From: Amoebophrya sp. A120
Taxonomy: Eukaryota; Protista; Dinoflagellata
Reading direction: 5' to 3'
NCBI GenBank assembly: GCA_905178155.1
Contig: CAJINV010000004.1
Coordinates: 5,558,828 to 5,622,827, forward strand
DNA length: 64,000 nt
In this document: positions 48,637 through 61,200 of the stretch, piece after piece
How the letters are laid out: each line of letters begins with the position of its first letter
How positions within the stretch are numbered: the stretch's first letter is position 1
Notes under the pieces: generated by a model
Database searches by the model: none
The model's input: the letters and a program-made list of their open reading frames with translations, nothing else
Told to the model about the DNA's origin: nothing
Position numbers and translations under genes: made by a program

Positions 48637-51361
48637 CACCGTTCTCCTCGTACAGGCTCTGCACGGAAACGTTGCCCAAGGTACCTGTACTGGTCCGTAC
48701 ATGCTACCTTGGAACCCTTCCTGCACTAGTGCCTCATTGGGTACATGCTACCTGAACTAGGTCAGGTACGTGCACTACTTCCTCATTGTTACAATTAGTG
48801 CACAAGCCTTCCTAGCATTGCAATTAGGAAGCCTACCTTGGAACCCTTCCTGAACTAGTAGCAGGTACTAGTTCCTCCTTGGTACCTGTAAGGTACTCGA
48901 GCCCTAGTGCGTATTGGCCCAAGGTACAGCGCCATGACTTGCCATCCATAGTCCCCTCTCACCCTTCATGGGGTGAAGCAGGAGACCTGCGGGGAGCAAG
49001 TCAGGGGGGGCGCCGCAACTTTGGCCGCTGAATGTATCAACATTCGTGGAAGGGGGGGCGGCGCTGCTCACACATGATACCGCGTTCGCGGGCTTCCGCG
49101 ATGCGCCGGCCGGACCTTCCGTGGCTGCAAGAATGAATGCCGCCCAACTTGACACAATGCTGAGCCGACAGGGAGGGCCCGGGAAGGGCATGCCGGGGGG
49201 GCGGGACCCGCACTCTGCTGGCCAGTGGTCCCCCCCTGCGTGCCAATTCCATCGCCGGCTGGCGGGCGATAACGGAGGGCCGGCCGCGCCACAGCCCGCA
49301 AGCGGGGCATGGGAATGGGGCTGCCCGGCCGTGCAACACGCTCGCCCGCGCGCCCGGACTCCGACCCGGGCCGACCGAGGCAGGCGGAACACCACGGCCG
49401 CACCCCCTCACCGACGCAGCAGGCTGAGGGAGCCGGCGGGGCCTCCGGCTACGCCAAGGCTCCCGAAATCGCGCAGGGCCTGCGAGGGGGGCATGGCCTC
49501 CGAGCACCACCTGCGCGACCACATTGCACCCCCCGGCCACCATCGCCAGGCGGCTCGGGCACCGCTTGGGAGGTGGTTTTCCGCCGCGCGCGGCCGCGCA
49601 GGCAGCCAGCGTTCGCTCGCGATTTGGTCTCGATCTCGTGCTATTAGCGCAAAGGTAGCGATTTTTTTCAAAGCTTTGAAAAAAATCGCTACCTTTGCGC
49701 TACCCCAAAACCATGTAGGAGCGTCCGCGCGAAGGCGCTACGCCTTAACAGACCTACGCACATGCTCCCGAGCAGGGGTTGCACATTTTGCAATCACCCA
49801 TGTGCCGTTTATCGGCGGGGGATCGCCGCGACACTTAGGGCCGCCGACGGAGCGAAGTTCCTGCCGCGCCTCGAAAAGATCGCGCGTTTGCGGGGCCAAG
49901 CACGCGAAAGCGCGATTTTAGCACGTTCCGCAGGGTTCCGCTTTTGCAATTAGTCCCACCCTATTTTCCAAGCTGAGGTCACCGTTCTCCTCGTACAGGC
50001 TCTGCACGGAAACGTTGCCCAAGGTACCTGTACTGGTCCGTACATGCTACCTTGGAACCCTTCCTGCACTAGTGCCTCATTGGGTACATGCTACCTGAAC
50101 TAGGTCAGGTACGTGCACTACTTCCTCATTGTTACAATTAGTGCACAAGCCTTCCTAGCATTGCAATTAGGAAGCCTACCTTGGAACCCTTCCTGAACTA
50201 GTAGCAGGTACTAGTTCCTCCTTGGTACCTGTAAGGTACTCGAGCCCTAGTGCGTATTGGCCCAAGGTACAGCGCCATGACTTGCCATCCATAGTCCCCT
50301 CTCACCCTTCATGGGGTGAAGCAGGAGACCTGCGGGGAGCAAGTCAGGGGGGGCGCCGCAACTTTGGCCGCTGAATGTATCAACATTCGTGGAAGGGGGG
50401 GCGGCGCTGCTCACACATGATACCGCGTTCGCGGGCTTCCGCGATGCGCCGGCCGGACCTTCCGTGGCTGCAAGAATGAATGCCGCCCAACTTGACACAA
50501 TGCTGAGCCGACAGGGAGGGCCCGGGAAGGGCATGCCGGGGGGGCGGGACCCGCACTCTGCTGGCCAGTGGTCCCCCCCTGCGTGCCAATTCCATCGCCG
50601 GCTGGCGGGCGATAACGGAGGGCCGGCCGCGCCACAGCCCGCAAGCGGGGCATGGGAATGGGGCTGCCCGGCCGTGCAACACGCTCGCCCGCGCGCCCGG
50701 ACTCCGACCCGGGCCGACCGAGGCAGGCGGAACACCACGGCCGCACCCCCTCACCGACGCAGCAGGCTGAGGGAGCCGGCGGGGCCTCCGGCTACGCCAA
50801 GGCTCCCGAAATCGCGCAGGGCCTGCGAGGGGGGCATGGCCTCCGAGCACCACCTGCGCGACCACATTGCACCCCCCGGCCACCATCGCCAGGCGGCTCG
50901 GGCACCGCTTGGGAGGTGGTTTTCCGCCGCGCGCGGCCGCGCAGGCAGCCAGCGTTCGCTCGCGATTTGGTCTCGATCTCGTGCTATTAGCGCAAAGGTA
51001 GCGATTTTTTTCAAAGCTTTGAAAAAAATCGCTACCTTTGCGCTACCCCAAAACCATGTAGGAGCGTCCGCGCGAAGGCGCTACGCCTTAACAGACCTAC
51101 GCACATGCTCCCGAGCAGGGGTTGCACATTTTGCAATCACCCATGTGCCGTTTATCGGCGGGGGATCGCCGCGACACTTAGGGCCGCCGACGGAGCGAAG
51201 TTCCTGCCGCGCCTCGAAAAGATCGCGCGTTTGCGGGGCCAAGCACGCGAAAGCGCGATTTTAGCACGTTCCGCAGGGTTCCGCTTTTGCAATTAGTCCC
51301 ACCCTATTTTCCAAGCTGAGGTCACCGTTCTCCTCGTACAGGCTCTGCACGGAAACGTTGC
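48637..51361. repeat. Two apparently identical tandem 1343-bp units bracketed and separated by a 39-bp direct repeat
   Basis: caccgttctcctcgtacaggctctgcacggaaacgttgc at 48637, 49980 and 51323; ORF track duplicated at +1343. Confidence 0.92.
49645..49702. repeat. Perfect 58-bp palindrome (second copy 50988-51045)
   Basis: tagcgcaaaggtagcgatttttttcaaag|ctttgaaaaaaatcgctacctttgcgcta. Confidence 0.95.
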
Positions 51362-52403
51362 AGGGGGATACAAGGCGATGTCCAGCAACTTTTTCACAAA
51401 GTGGTTTCTCCGCGGATCTACCAAATCCGCGTACGGCGGTTCGGACGGCTGGATAGTGCTCAACGGTGGCAACGGGGGGTCGTTACCGGCGGTACGACCT
51501 ATGACAGCATCCGCCACTTCCTCGAATATGTTACTCGCACCTTTCTATGCAGGGAAAAAACGTCGTGATCTACTGTGTCTGGAGGATTTATTTTGCAGAT
51601 GTGTGTCCGTCGTGCGGTATTTGCATGGCACAGAAGCTGCTCTGGCATGCAAGCAATATTAGCATCACAAGTTATAGTTTTGTGAAATTACAAATCTTTT
51701 TTGTATAAGTGAAATCCGCATTACAAATTTAATTTCTCATCATGCTGAGGAAATTTGTAATGCATTGATACGAGTGCGATACTTTTGCAGTGCATATCAG
51801 GTGCTGCTGGACAATCCGTTTCGCGTATTTCTTTTTACTTTCATTGTGATCCTTGTCATCACGGTAAATATGGTCCTTGTAGAAATTGATATCCTCCAGC
51901 TCATTCTTTTCCAACGCGTCATGAATGTTGATGTTCAGCACAGTTTCCCAGGGCACATCGTCGAAAAAGGCTTTCTGTATTATCTCCCCCCGCTTTGCTT
52001 CGTCGGCACTGAAAAAGCCGTCGAGCGCGGTCCGCAGGTCCCGCCCGACGGCGAGTAAATCGCCGATTTCGAGGCTGGCAAGCGGGTTCCGGTCGTGCTC
52101 CAGGGTGTGCACAAAGGGGGCGTAGTGGTCCCACAGCAGGTTAGCGGAGGCGGGCTGGAGATGAAAAACTGTGTCCGACGAGGACGTGGGTAGTCTCAAG
52201 GTGCCGCACAACGCAAAGAGGGAAATCGCGCTGATAAAGCAGGAGGTCCCGCCCGTACTAGTGCGACGGAGATGATAAAAGGAGCTCCTCGCGCGGACTC
52301 CGGCCCTTGATGTCGTGCTGGTACTAGCACTAGAATGTTTATCCACGCTCCTTGTTGATCTCATCTTCGGACTTCTTGTGCGGTGATCTAGTCCGACGAA
52401 CAA
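51362..52403 (-). CDS. Hypothetical protein N-terminal part with hydrophobic segment, interrupted by a degenerate introner
   Basis: 224-aa ORF that can continue as KGASNIFEEVADAVIG...DIALYPP after element 51546-51796. Confidence 0.45.
51546..51796. mobile_element. Degenerate or hybrid family D introner
   Basis: Family D right end (tacgagtgcgatacttttgcagtgcata); altered left part; no 5-bp repeat. Confidence 0.6.
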
Positions 52404-53524
52404 AGACGCTGTCGTGGAGAACGAGGAGGAGTCCGACGAACAAAGACCCTGTCGTTATGCTCGTCTGTGTCGGACGAGGAGGAGGTGTTGTGTGATTTTC
52501 GACTCTTTTTGGACTTATGTCTCTTTTTCTTGTCGCCCTTGGAGGATCTGCTCCTGTGTTGTACTGGCGTCTTGGAAGCCGTAGAGAAATTCGGACTGGT
52601 CATGTCGCCGCTGTGAATCTCCATGCCATCTCCACGACCTCCTGCATCTCTTGTTTTACTGCTGTGCTGCGCGTGACTCCGGAACGAGGACTCGTCGGCC
52701 CCATGGTCTCCTTGTGCTTCGAAGTGGTGGTCTTCACGCTTAGTACTTCTACCCGCTTCCCCTCTCGACGAGGACTGTTGTCGTCTATGACGTCGGCGTC
52801 GACTGGAACTACTTTCAGCACGCGGCCCACCTGCCGCCCCAGAAGAGCCGAGGCTGCTCGAAGATGAGCCACGCCGGTGTCTACTGCTTTTGCGGGATTT
52901 GTTCTTCCGTTTCTTTGCCTTCTTCAAATGCGGACTGGTGCTGCTTCTCGTCTTTTTCTTGTTGGCACTTATTTCTCGTTCTGCTTGATCTTGATGTCGT
53001 GGTCCAGCGATAGTTGACGAAGACCCCCGAAAGCGACAATACAGTGCCGTTCTCCTCGTACAGGCCCTGCACGGAAACGTTGCAAACCTTCTGCGCAGCT
53101 TGCTTTTCGTAAGTCTGCCCATCAGATAGCACAACCGGGTCGTGGAAGCGGTTTTCAGGCTCCTGGAGGAATGGAATTCATTCAGCGACCCAAGGTCCGC
53201 GCGGTTCCGCATCGCGGGAGGTTCGTGAGCTGGTGCCGGGTTGTGATTTTCATTGCCGGACGAGTTTTTGTTGTTGTTCGCCACAACAACCACAACCGCG
53301 ACAACAGCACCAATAACGAGGACTGCGGCAATCACGATCAGGGTGATGATGAGCGGCTTATTTTTCGAGCAGCAATTTCTATTCGTGGCTTCCGTGGAGC
53401 TTCGATTTTCGGGGTGAAATTCACCCGTCTCAGCCCGCTCGTCCTCACCCGCCGCAGCCGCATACCCGCTGCGTCCCTCCTGGTGACGGTACGGCTCGGT
53501 GACTATGCGGTCTCTACGCTTCAT
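52388..53524 (-). CDS. Single-pass membrane protein-like ORF, probably chimeric or rearranged
   Basis: 378-aa ATG ORF with strong TM segment LIITLIVIAAVLVIGAVVAVVVVVA and Ser/Arg/Lys-rich tail. Confidence 0.45.
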   Translation of the reverse strand: MKRRDRIVTEPYRHQEGRSGYAAAAGEDERAETGEFHPENRSSTEATNRNCCSKNKPLIITLIVIAAVLVIGAVVAVVVVVANNNKNSSGNENHNPAPAHEPPAMRNRADLGSLNEFHSSRSLKTASTTRLCYLMGRLTKSKLRRRFATFPCRACTRRTALYCRFRGSSSTIAGPRHQDQAEREISANKKKTRSSTSPHLKKAKKRKNKSRKSSRHRRGSSSSSLGSSGAAGGPRAESSSSRRRRHRRQQSSSRGEAGRSTKREDHHFEAQGDHGADESSFRSHAQHSSKTRDAGGRGDGMEIHSGDMTSPNFSTASKTPVQHRSRSSKGDKKKRHKSKKSRKSHNTSSSSDTDEHNDRVFVRRTPPRSPRQRLCSSD

Positions 53525-54336
53525 AATTGTAAATTGCTCTGTGAAGTAGATCAGGGCTCTGCTGGGTAGTTATACCAAGCACGTAGACCACACAAACTCG
53601 GTGCAGTCTTCTGCTCTGAAATGGAGAAGCTCGAATAACGATCAACCTTCCGCTTCTGCGTGGCAAGGAGAATGCTGCTCTGCTTCGCACGCGAGCGCTC
53701 GATTAAATCGCGCCTGTGCCTTTCAGGCGTTAATAAAAGTCAACTTTTTTTGTTATCTTTTATTTTTTGTCGTAGGCAAGTAGTTATAGCAAAAAGAATA
53801 CAGCCCAGATTTTGCTATGACAGAACTCTTTGCAGCGACCACGGTATCAAGACTTGACTGGTACGAAGATAATTTCCGGGGTGTGAAATTTTTTCGACTT
53901 GTAACCATAACTGCTCACTACATTTTCATGTTGCCAATCTATAAAAATAAGCGCCGTGCCTGCGCAATCGCGTCACTATCGTTGCAGGTTTCTCTCTTTT
54001 TACCGAGCAAGGCGTTTGCTTCTCAACACCGAGGAAGCGGAAGAAGTTAACAGACAATCATAATTTCTTGGAGGTTCAGAATGCGTCTTGATCTTTCTAT
54101 TGGTTATGACAAAATAAATCGGCACCAACCAATCGGAACAAGATACATCAACATCTGCTCCGACTCTACAGGCAAAAAGGATGAAGATGATTGATCATTC
54201 ATCCGAGGAAAGCATTGAATTGCTTCGCAACTGCTCCAGTTTGATCTTGCTTTGTTCGTACTCATCTCTGGTTCTTTATGCCAGAACCGAACTTCCGTCG
54301 TTTGCCTCCTGTTCGAATCGACGTTAGGCACTACTT

Positions 54337-54463
54337 GCAAGCCACCTTTGTGTAGTAGCAAGCCACCTTTGTGTAGATAAGGATCCATGCAAGCCACCTT
54401 TGTGTAGTAGCTCAACAACAAGAAGAAAGCGATCCTTCGACCACAACAACAAAACAAAAATGA
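54337..54463. repeat. Dispersed intergenic repeat, copy 2, preceded by tandem gcaagccacctttgtgtag units
   Basis: Three copies of the 19-bp unit; similar to 43981-44069. Confidence 0.8.
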
Positions 54464-54971
54464 CGCGGGAATCGGAAGAAAACCGATAACATAGCCAAAT
54501 TCTTTTCTTCTTAGCCGGCGTGTTTTAAATGAATCTTGCAGGAGAAACCTTTAAAGGCCTAAACATCAACTTTCAATCATATATCGTCCACAAGCAACAT
54601 CATGTCGACGCCGAAGAAGAATTCAACAAAAGAAGAAAAATTGACGAGAGACAAACAGGAAACGCCTCCGCTCAACACCAACGGTCAATAGGTACTTAGT
54701 GCAGCTGCTGTTGATGTTGAAACAGAGTAATTTACTTATTCTTATCTTCAGACGTATGAACTAATAAGGCCGCAGTAGAAATAAGAGCAGGAGCTCCCAC
54801 CCACCAGAGCTTGTTCATCTCACTTGCGTGTCGCTTTGTTAACAACAAAATAGGTGGAACCCCAGTGTTAGAGAATCATGTCGCCAATGGAAATACTGAC
54901 TGCCGAATAAGTAAGAGTAACTACGACCTAAGTTGCAGATAAGGCAGTTCTACTATCATTATATCGTATTT

Positions 54972-56922
54972 TTAAGTAGCAGTACTATGCAACAAGAAGG
55001 CTTGATCAACATTCGACGCACAAAAGTGGTCGCATTCCGCGGTGGCCCACTTGCACAGGGCATCGGAGTATCAAGTGTAAAAATGTCTGGGTCTGGAAGA
55101 ATGCAATTTGTCATGCTAAATCTGAATAGACAATAGACACCCATAATAGCTCATAGAACCCTGTCATCTTCCACCAAGTGAAACATCAATGGTGAGGTGC
55201 CCAGGGCCCCTGGAGGTGAGAAACGAGGGTGGCACCTATAGTCGACCATACCAACTGGTCGACCAGGAAATGAGGAAGTGGGTAAGGAACACAAATGTCC
55301 CGGGATAACAAAAACTGAATATCCCGCACAACCTCTGCCAACCACTGCCCTCGAATTCACAAAAGAAAAGGCTGAAAGCCAATTCAACTCCGGATCAGAA
55401 GCATGCAAAAATCTGTGTTGCATGATTACCAAAACTCGTCCAGAATTGACGAAGTCGGGAGGGAGTTTCTCATGCAGGATAGGCATGAGAGAGATCGCAC
55501 ACAATCTGTCATGCTAGGTCCTGCATTCCAGACCTCATGGGTCATGGAAAAGCTAGATGACAAATCTCGCAATCTCCCAGACCCAGACATATTTGCAATC
55601 CATACGCTGAGAATTGAAGCCTGGTTGGTACTAGTACTGGCCGCTCCACAACAACAACCGTAGCAGTTCGTGGTCTCCTCTTCGAACCAGCGCTGGAGTT
55701 GGTCGTAAGCTGCGCGGGTCGGGTTCCGCAGCAACGCAGCCATCCCGTCCAACACCCGGTTGAGGCTCTGTATGCAAGAAAAAATCTGTGTAAGTGCAAA
55801 TCTGTGATGCAGAAAATGCAAAACAGTTGTACTTGTCGTGCTCGACATGCATGATCGGCTCGCTTCCTATGTGTTTTCCCTTACTATCTGTGCGACATAA
55901 CAAGAAGTTTTTCCAGTCATGGCAGGCGAACTTGTGATGCAGCTTGCCCGAAAGACTAATACACTAACACAGTTTTTTTCTTGCATACCCGGTTCGCGCT
56001 CCTCTTCACTCGTCCAAGTGCGCCACTCCGCGTGGCAGTGCCGGTATTCAAACTCGGAAAAGAGGAGCTGCCGCATCTGCTGCCGCTCAGACTCTCGGTC
56101 CTCGCAGAAGATCCGTAGTTCTTGTTGTACTGAAGATGAGGCTTGCGGCTGGGCGGGAAGAACGGGATCATGTGGAGGAGAGAATCTTTCCTGTTCATCG
56201 TAGAAAGCATAATTGTAGTTTGAGGACGTGCTTGCTGCGCTTGGAGATGTTGACTCGTTCAACACCGCTGGAGAGGTGCTATCGTTGGTGGAACTAAAAC
56301 TTGCTTCAACATCAACATCATCTTCGGAGAGATGAATATTGTCATAGTCAACATCAACATTCGCCGACGAATGTGAATCATTCCTCATATTATAGGCAAC
56401 ATGATCTTCAGGACGAACAAAAGCCCGTGTCATGACGATTGTGATGTGAAAGTCAGAGGGTCGGTTTTCGTGATTTTGTTGGTTTATTTCCGTAGGGAGA
56501 TTTTCTTGACGCCCCCGGAAAACTACCACATGTCGATGATCGCGGTTTAATATTCCAGGAGCTGGATCATGTTCGAAGTAGAGGCCTACCTCCGGTCGTT
56601 CACGTTCTTGCTGCCCCAAATGAAGAACCGGGCTGCGATTAATATAGTTCCGGGAAACAACATCAAAACTGCTCCTGCCTGGGTCGTGAAGCAAATCATG
56701 GTTGCGTGCTGATGTGGGGATGCTGTGGGTTTCTTGGGTGCGCATCATCTGGATCCTTCGTGCAGCTCGCGGGGGGTGCTGTGACTGCTGCAGTTCTTGC
56801 GGGAAGCTAATGGTCGCGTGTATCATTTTTGTGGAACAAGAGGGCTCTTCTTCGTACTGTTGTAGCATGACAATGAGGGCACTGTTTATTGCGCAACCCC
56901 TGAACAATGAAAGACTGCCCAC
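54972..56922 (-). CDS. Hypothetical protein with 2 introners
   Basis: 351-aa ORF continues EREPG|LNRVLDG and ASILS|DALCKW to a stop at 54972. Confidence 0.6.
55069..55604. mobile_element. Introner family A carrying a 274-bp internal insertion (55127-55400)
   Basis: TIRs; repeat cggag/cgctg; without the insert the length is the standard 262 bp. Confidence 0.85.
55771..55987. mobile_element. Introner family G, opposite orientation to 31924
   Basis: TIR tatgcaagaaaaaa; decayed repeat ctctg/cccgg; removal plus 5 nt restores frame. Confidence 0.85.
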
Positions 56923-58217
56923 TCAACGGCGGCGGTCAGACCTTCTTGCCCTAGTCTTTGTTCAGATTGCTTTCCTCTGTGGTTTAGATTTTCCATATTA
57001 ATTGCGCCCATGTCTATCAATAGAAATTCAGTGGAATCTAATCACGATTCTCGGTAGTTTTCTGGATGCTGTTGCTGCTCCCTGCAGTACTGATTGTGAA
57101 AAAACGCATAGGACACGGATTCAATTGGGTCAGAGGAAGAAGTATGACCAGCGTCTCTACTGTGTGTGAGATCAAAGACGTTGGATCTTCTTATTTTTCG
57201 CAAACGCCAACGAACTTTTAACAGTGCAATGACGGTATCAGGCAGCGGCAATGGTACGTGAGAACCGCGGCATTGCGATATTAGCGGCGGTTTCCCACAA
57301 CAAAAAATTGTCATCAACATCAAAACTCCTACTCCAGGTCTCCTGGCTGTCAGTTGTAGTATATCGTCTTTCTTAATTCTCTGTAGGATATGACCAGGAC
57401 GTGGTGGGAGTGATTTCAAGAAGTTCCTGGAACACGGTGCAAAAACGCAGCGAAGGAGGTCGGGAGGTTTGTCTCGGCGCTGTTGGTGGTCTTTTTGTGG
57501 TCTTCTATGATGATTAATACAGATTACACAATGTGCTGCGCGTCGTGTGGGTGATGTTCTTCACTGTGATTTACCACTGACATAATCAACTACCGTGTAG
57601 TGCGGGGACCACGGTGATCTCGGTGTAAGGGAATGCGACCGAATGATCGGGATGCGATCACAAGCGCTAAGCCTTGCTTCACGACGCAGTCGTGCTGGGG
57701 AGTGGTTCTTCTTCTTACTAACAAAAATAAACATGATTTCCCTGCTCTTGGAGAGGGCAGGACGACCTATGACAGTACTAAACAAACGTGTATACTAAAA
57801 TATACTCTATCGGCAAAACATGAACAGCTTGCTTTAAGTTTTCGTTTTCCTGAAGCTGGTGCGGGGGCAGAGCTCTTGGTCTTAGCGTGGCGACGTCGCC
57901 ACTGATCTGTGCCAGAAAAAAAAAAACAGCTACGAGCTTTCTTGGGTGTTATCTTGGCGACATCTCCACTGATATTTGCCAAAAAGTAGAAAGCAGCTTG
58001 TTGTGCCTGGAAAAATATTATAAAATCCAACACAAAACTACAGCCTGCTACTTACATATGAAGATTTTTAATGCTGAAACGGGGTAGGTTTATCGTCTAC
58101 TTCTAGTGAAGATTGTTGCCGACGCAGATAATAAACGTCGACAAATTTTTACTTGATCAAAGTCGTCGATGATGTTCTCCTTCAATAGCCCGTAGTTGCA
58201 CTTGAGTAAGTATAGCT

Positions 58218-61200
58218 TTATTCTTGTTCAAAGCTGTGGTCTACAACTCCATCACCTCCTCGGGATCCCGCGTCCTCTCCCCCACGGATCATGCCACCCA
58301 AGCTCGAGCGAGAAAAAGACATGCTGGAATTCTCCTCCTCAATCACCGACAAGGGTTCCGCTAATGGACCACCGCCTCGCCCGGATCGCGAATGGTGGCC
58401 CAGGCCGCCGTTCGACGAGGACGACGGGGAGGAAATCAATAGTGCATTTGGCGGAGGTCGTTGGACTGGCGCAAGGTGAAGATCATACTGTTGGCCTCCG
58501 TGGCCTTGTGGGGGCAGGATCACAATGTTCATGTTGTTCTCACGACACGGCTGCTGGTGCTGCTGGTGCACAATTGTAGTTCTTCCGCCCAGAATTGGAT
58601 GTTGCTGGAGGTTTGCTGGACTTGTTGCCCTACTACCTCCTGTACCACCTCCGTAGTCTGTTGCTCTTGGGCGCCCAGCGGAAATAATTTTGATTGGCGG
58701 GTCGAAGTCGTCGAAGTCATGTCGAGAAGGGCGGCCAGCTACATAATTATCATTATCCCCTCCCGCTCCACCAGAAGTGGCGCCAAAAACGTCTGCTACA
58801 ACCCCGCCCGTGCCGTCCGAGTAGAACAAGTCGTCTTCCTCCAGTATTTTTCCGTAATACTGCTCGGGAGTCGACGTACTCGTACTCGCACCACCCCCAG
58901 CGCCGCCTGCTACAATTCCGGCCATTGACGACCGCTGACTTCGGTTTGCTTCGCTAGAGCTGGAGGGGCTGCGATTCAATGGTGCGATCGGTCTTCGTGC
59001 TGCTGGGGGGGTTTTACAACTATTTGGTTCCTGTTCTACTTGAGTTTGTGGATGATGGTGCAAAAATTGTGGTTGATGATGTTGCCCTTGCCCTTGCCCC
59101 GCGTGCTGCTGCGGTTCAACTAGTCCAATACGCTGATCGCCGCCCAATAGCGCCGGGTTGTGTGCGGGCGCGGGCTCCGTGTCGAAGAACCCTTGCAAGG
59201 GGTCGTGGTGATAGAAGTTGGGAAAGGACAAAGAGTATGGATTGTAAAAATGTCTGGGTCTGGAAGGTTGGAACTTGTAATGCTAGCTTTCCATACCTAG
59301 AAAATCTGTATTGCATAACCAACAAAAGTCGCAGCCTCTTTTGTCATGCAAAAACGCAGTTTCTCATGCAGATTGCCTATGAGAAAGCGTTTTGAGAAGC
59401 TGTCATGCCGGACTGCATTCGGAAGTGTTTTCATCATGCACATTTTAGCATCGCATGTTTCCAGACCCAGATATTTTTACTTTTGATAAAGAGTATGGTC
59501 CTGTTTGTTGAGTCTCATGTAGTTCATCACGTCCAACCTGCTCACCAGGTTGCAAAATGAATTCTGCTCGTCCATAAGGGCCGTCGTGGAGGTCGTCTTT
59601 TGGCGAAAGTTGTCTTCTCGTAGTAGTGGTTCTTTCGGAATTTGTATCAGTACAACCGCCGACCGCGTCGGTGTCGTTGCAGGTTCTTTGCTCTTCTGCC
59701 ATCAACGGTACCAAGTCGTTGATATCCTCCTCCCCCATCATTTCCCTTAAGTACTGCATCATGGCCTCCCGCTCCGCCAGCTTTTGCGCATCGTCCATTT
59801 TTTCTTCTCGCTTCTTCTTTTTATTCCCGCTGCTCGTGTCCAAAGACGGTGGCGGGGCGTTGGGGCGCACGCTGCTAGTCGAGGTGCCGAGCAGGGTCGT
59901 GGTTGTCGCATAATTGCAGCTGCTAGTGCGGAGATGATTTGGAGTGGCGCGGCTGCTGTTCGTGTCTGCTCTGCTCAGAATTTGCACGCCGTGCGAAGCG
60001 TTCGCCGGGTGGATCGGAACAAGAGGAGTAGCTGTGCTGGTCTGAGCTGCTGCAGGGCCGGTACTAGACACGACGACCGGCGCTGCACCAGCTGCGATCA
60101 TATTTTTACTTGTGTCGTGTGGAGCCGTCGCAGCTGCTGCTGCGTCTTTAGTTGCTGGCTTTCCGAACGGGTCGGCCTCCGGACGCGGCGCTTCTCGAGG
60201 GGAGGAACGTGGTTTCTGTTTTTTTTTTCAATTATTTATACGGAAATTATGGGAGACAGAGACTGTGTGGTTGTGCCTCTTGCGGACATCATCAGCAAGC
60301 GAAAAATAGAAGGGATGAACCATCAACTCCTTTTTACAACTGCTAGTAGTACAGGACGAGAAAAGCAATGGACATAATTTGTTGGCATGAATATGTTGTA
60401 GCACCACAAGCACAATCATCTTCTAAAAGCGTACCCAAGGTAGCTGGCTTGCCGGAAGAGCGTTTTTCCCCAGATTTCGGATGATGAGCATATTCTCCTT
60501 TTTCATCCTCGCCGTCGGCGGATTCCGGTCTTCCAGGGTGAGCACGTGTTGTTGCGCGGGCCGGATCGGTTTCGCGACAACGACCGGAAGGTTGTTCGTC
60601 TGAGGTGGTCCTGCTCGTGGTCCACCGCCAGCACTCTCTGCCGTCGCGAAGCTCGTGGCCGTAGTTCCGTGAGGCTTGGACCGGTGATCGTCATGATGAT
60701 GTGGTCCTCCTGCAGCTTCACCTCCTTCTTTTCCTGCGACACAGGGCGCGGGGGCGGCGGCCTGGGAAGCTGCAATTACGACATTTTGATAGTCCACGTT
60801 GGCGGGTGGTGGAGAAATCTTCACTTGATCTTGACCATCTCTTTGGTCATCTCTAGAGTTCGCAGTCTGCCAGTCGGAAAAAATCGCCGGATCGTGGTGA
60901 TCGCTCTTATCCTGCTGGTGGGACGGAGTAGTGATTGTCGCAGGAGGAGTAACATATACTCGGTCCCCAGAAGTTGTACCACCGCCTTCGATTTTTAACT
61001 CCTGCGGAGTCGACGTTCTTGCACAAGGGCTCTTATCGTCCCCAAGCAGAGCTCCTCCTCGCTGCCTTGTCGGGGTTGCTGTGTCGCTGCTCCTGCTGCG
61101 ACTGTGGATGAAACTGATGTCTAAGCAAGTTGGGCTACTTCTGCTAAGGCTGCCAGAGGACTTGTTCTTCCTTATCATTTCGCGGGTCGTTCTACCTATT

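Noticed and set aside
49046-49921. 291-aa plus-strand ORF (and its copy at 50389-51264) as a transposase or Rep protein
   Set aside because: GC-rich, low-complexity Arg/Pro/Ala/Gly sequence with a non-ATG start, overlapping ORFs in several frames and no catalytic motif.
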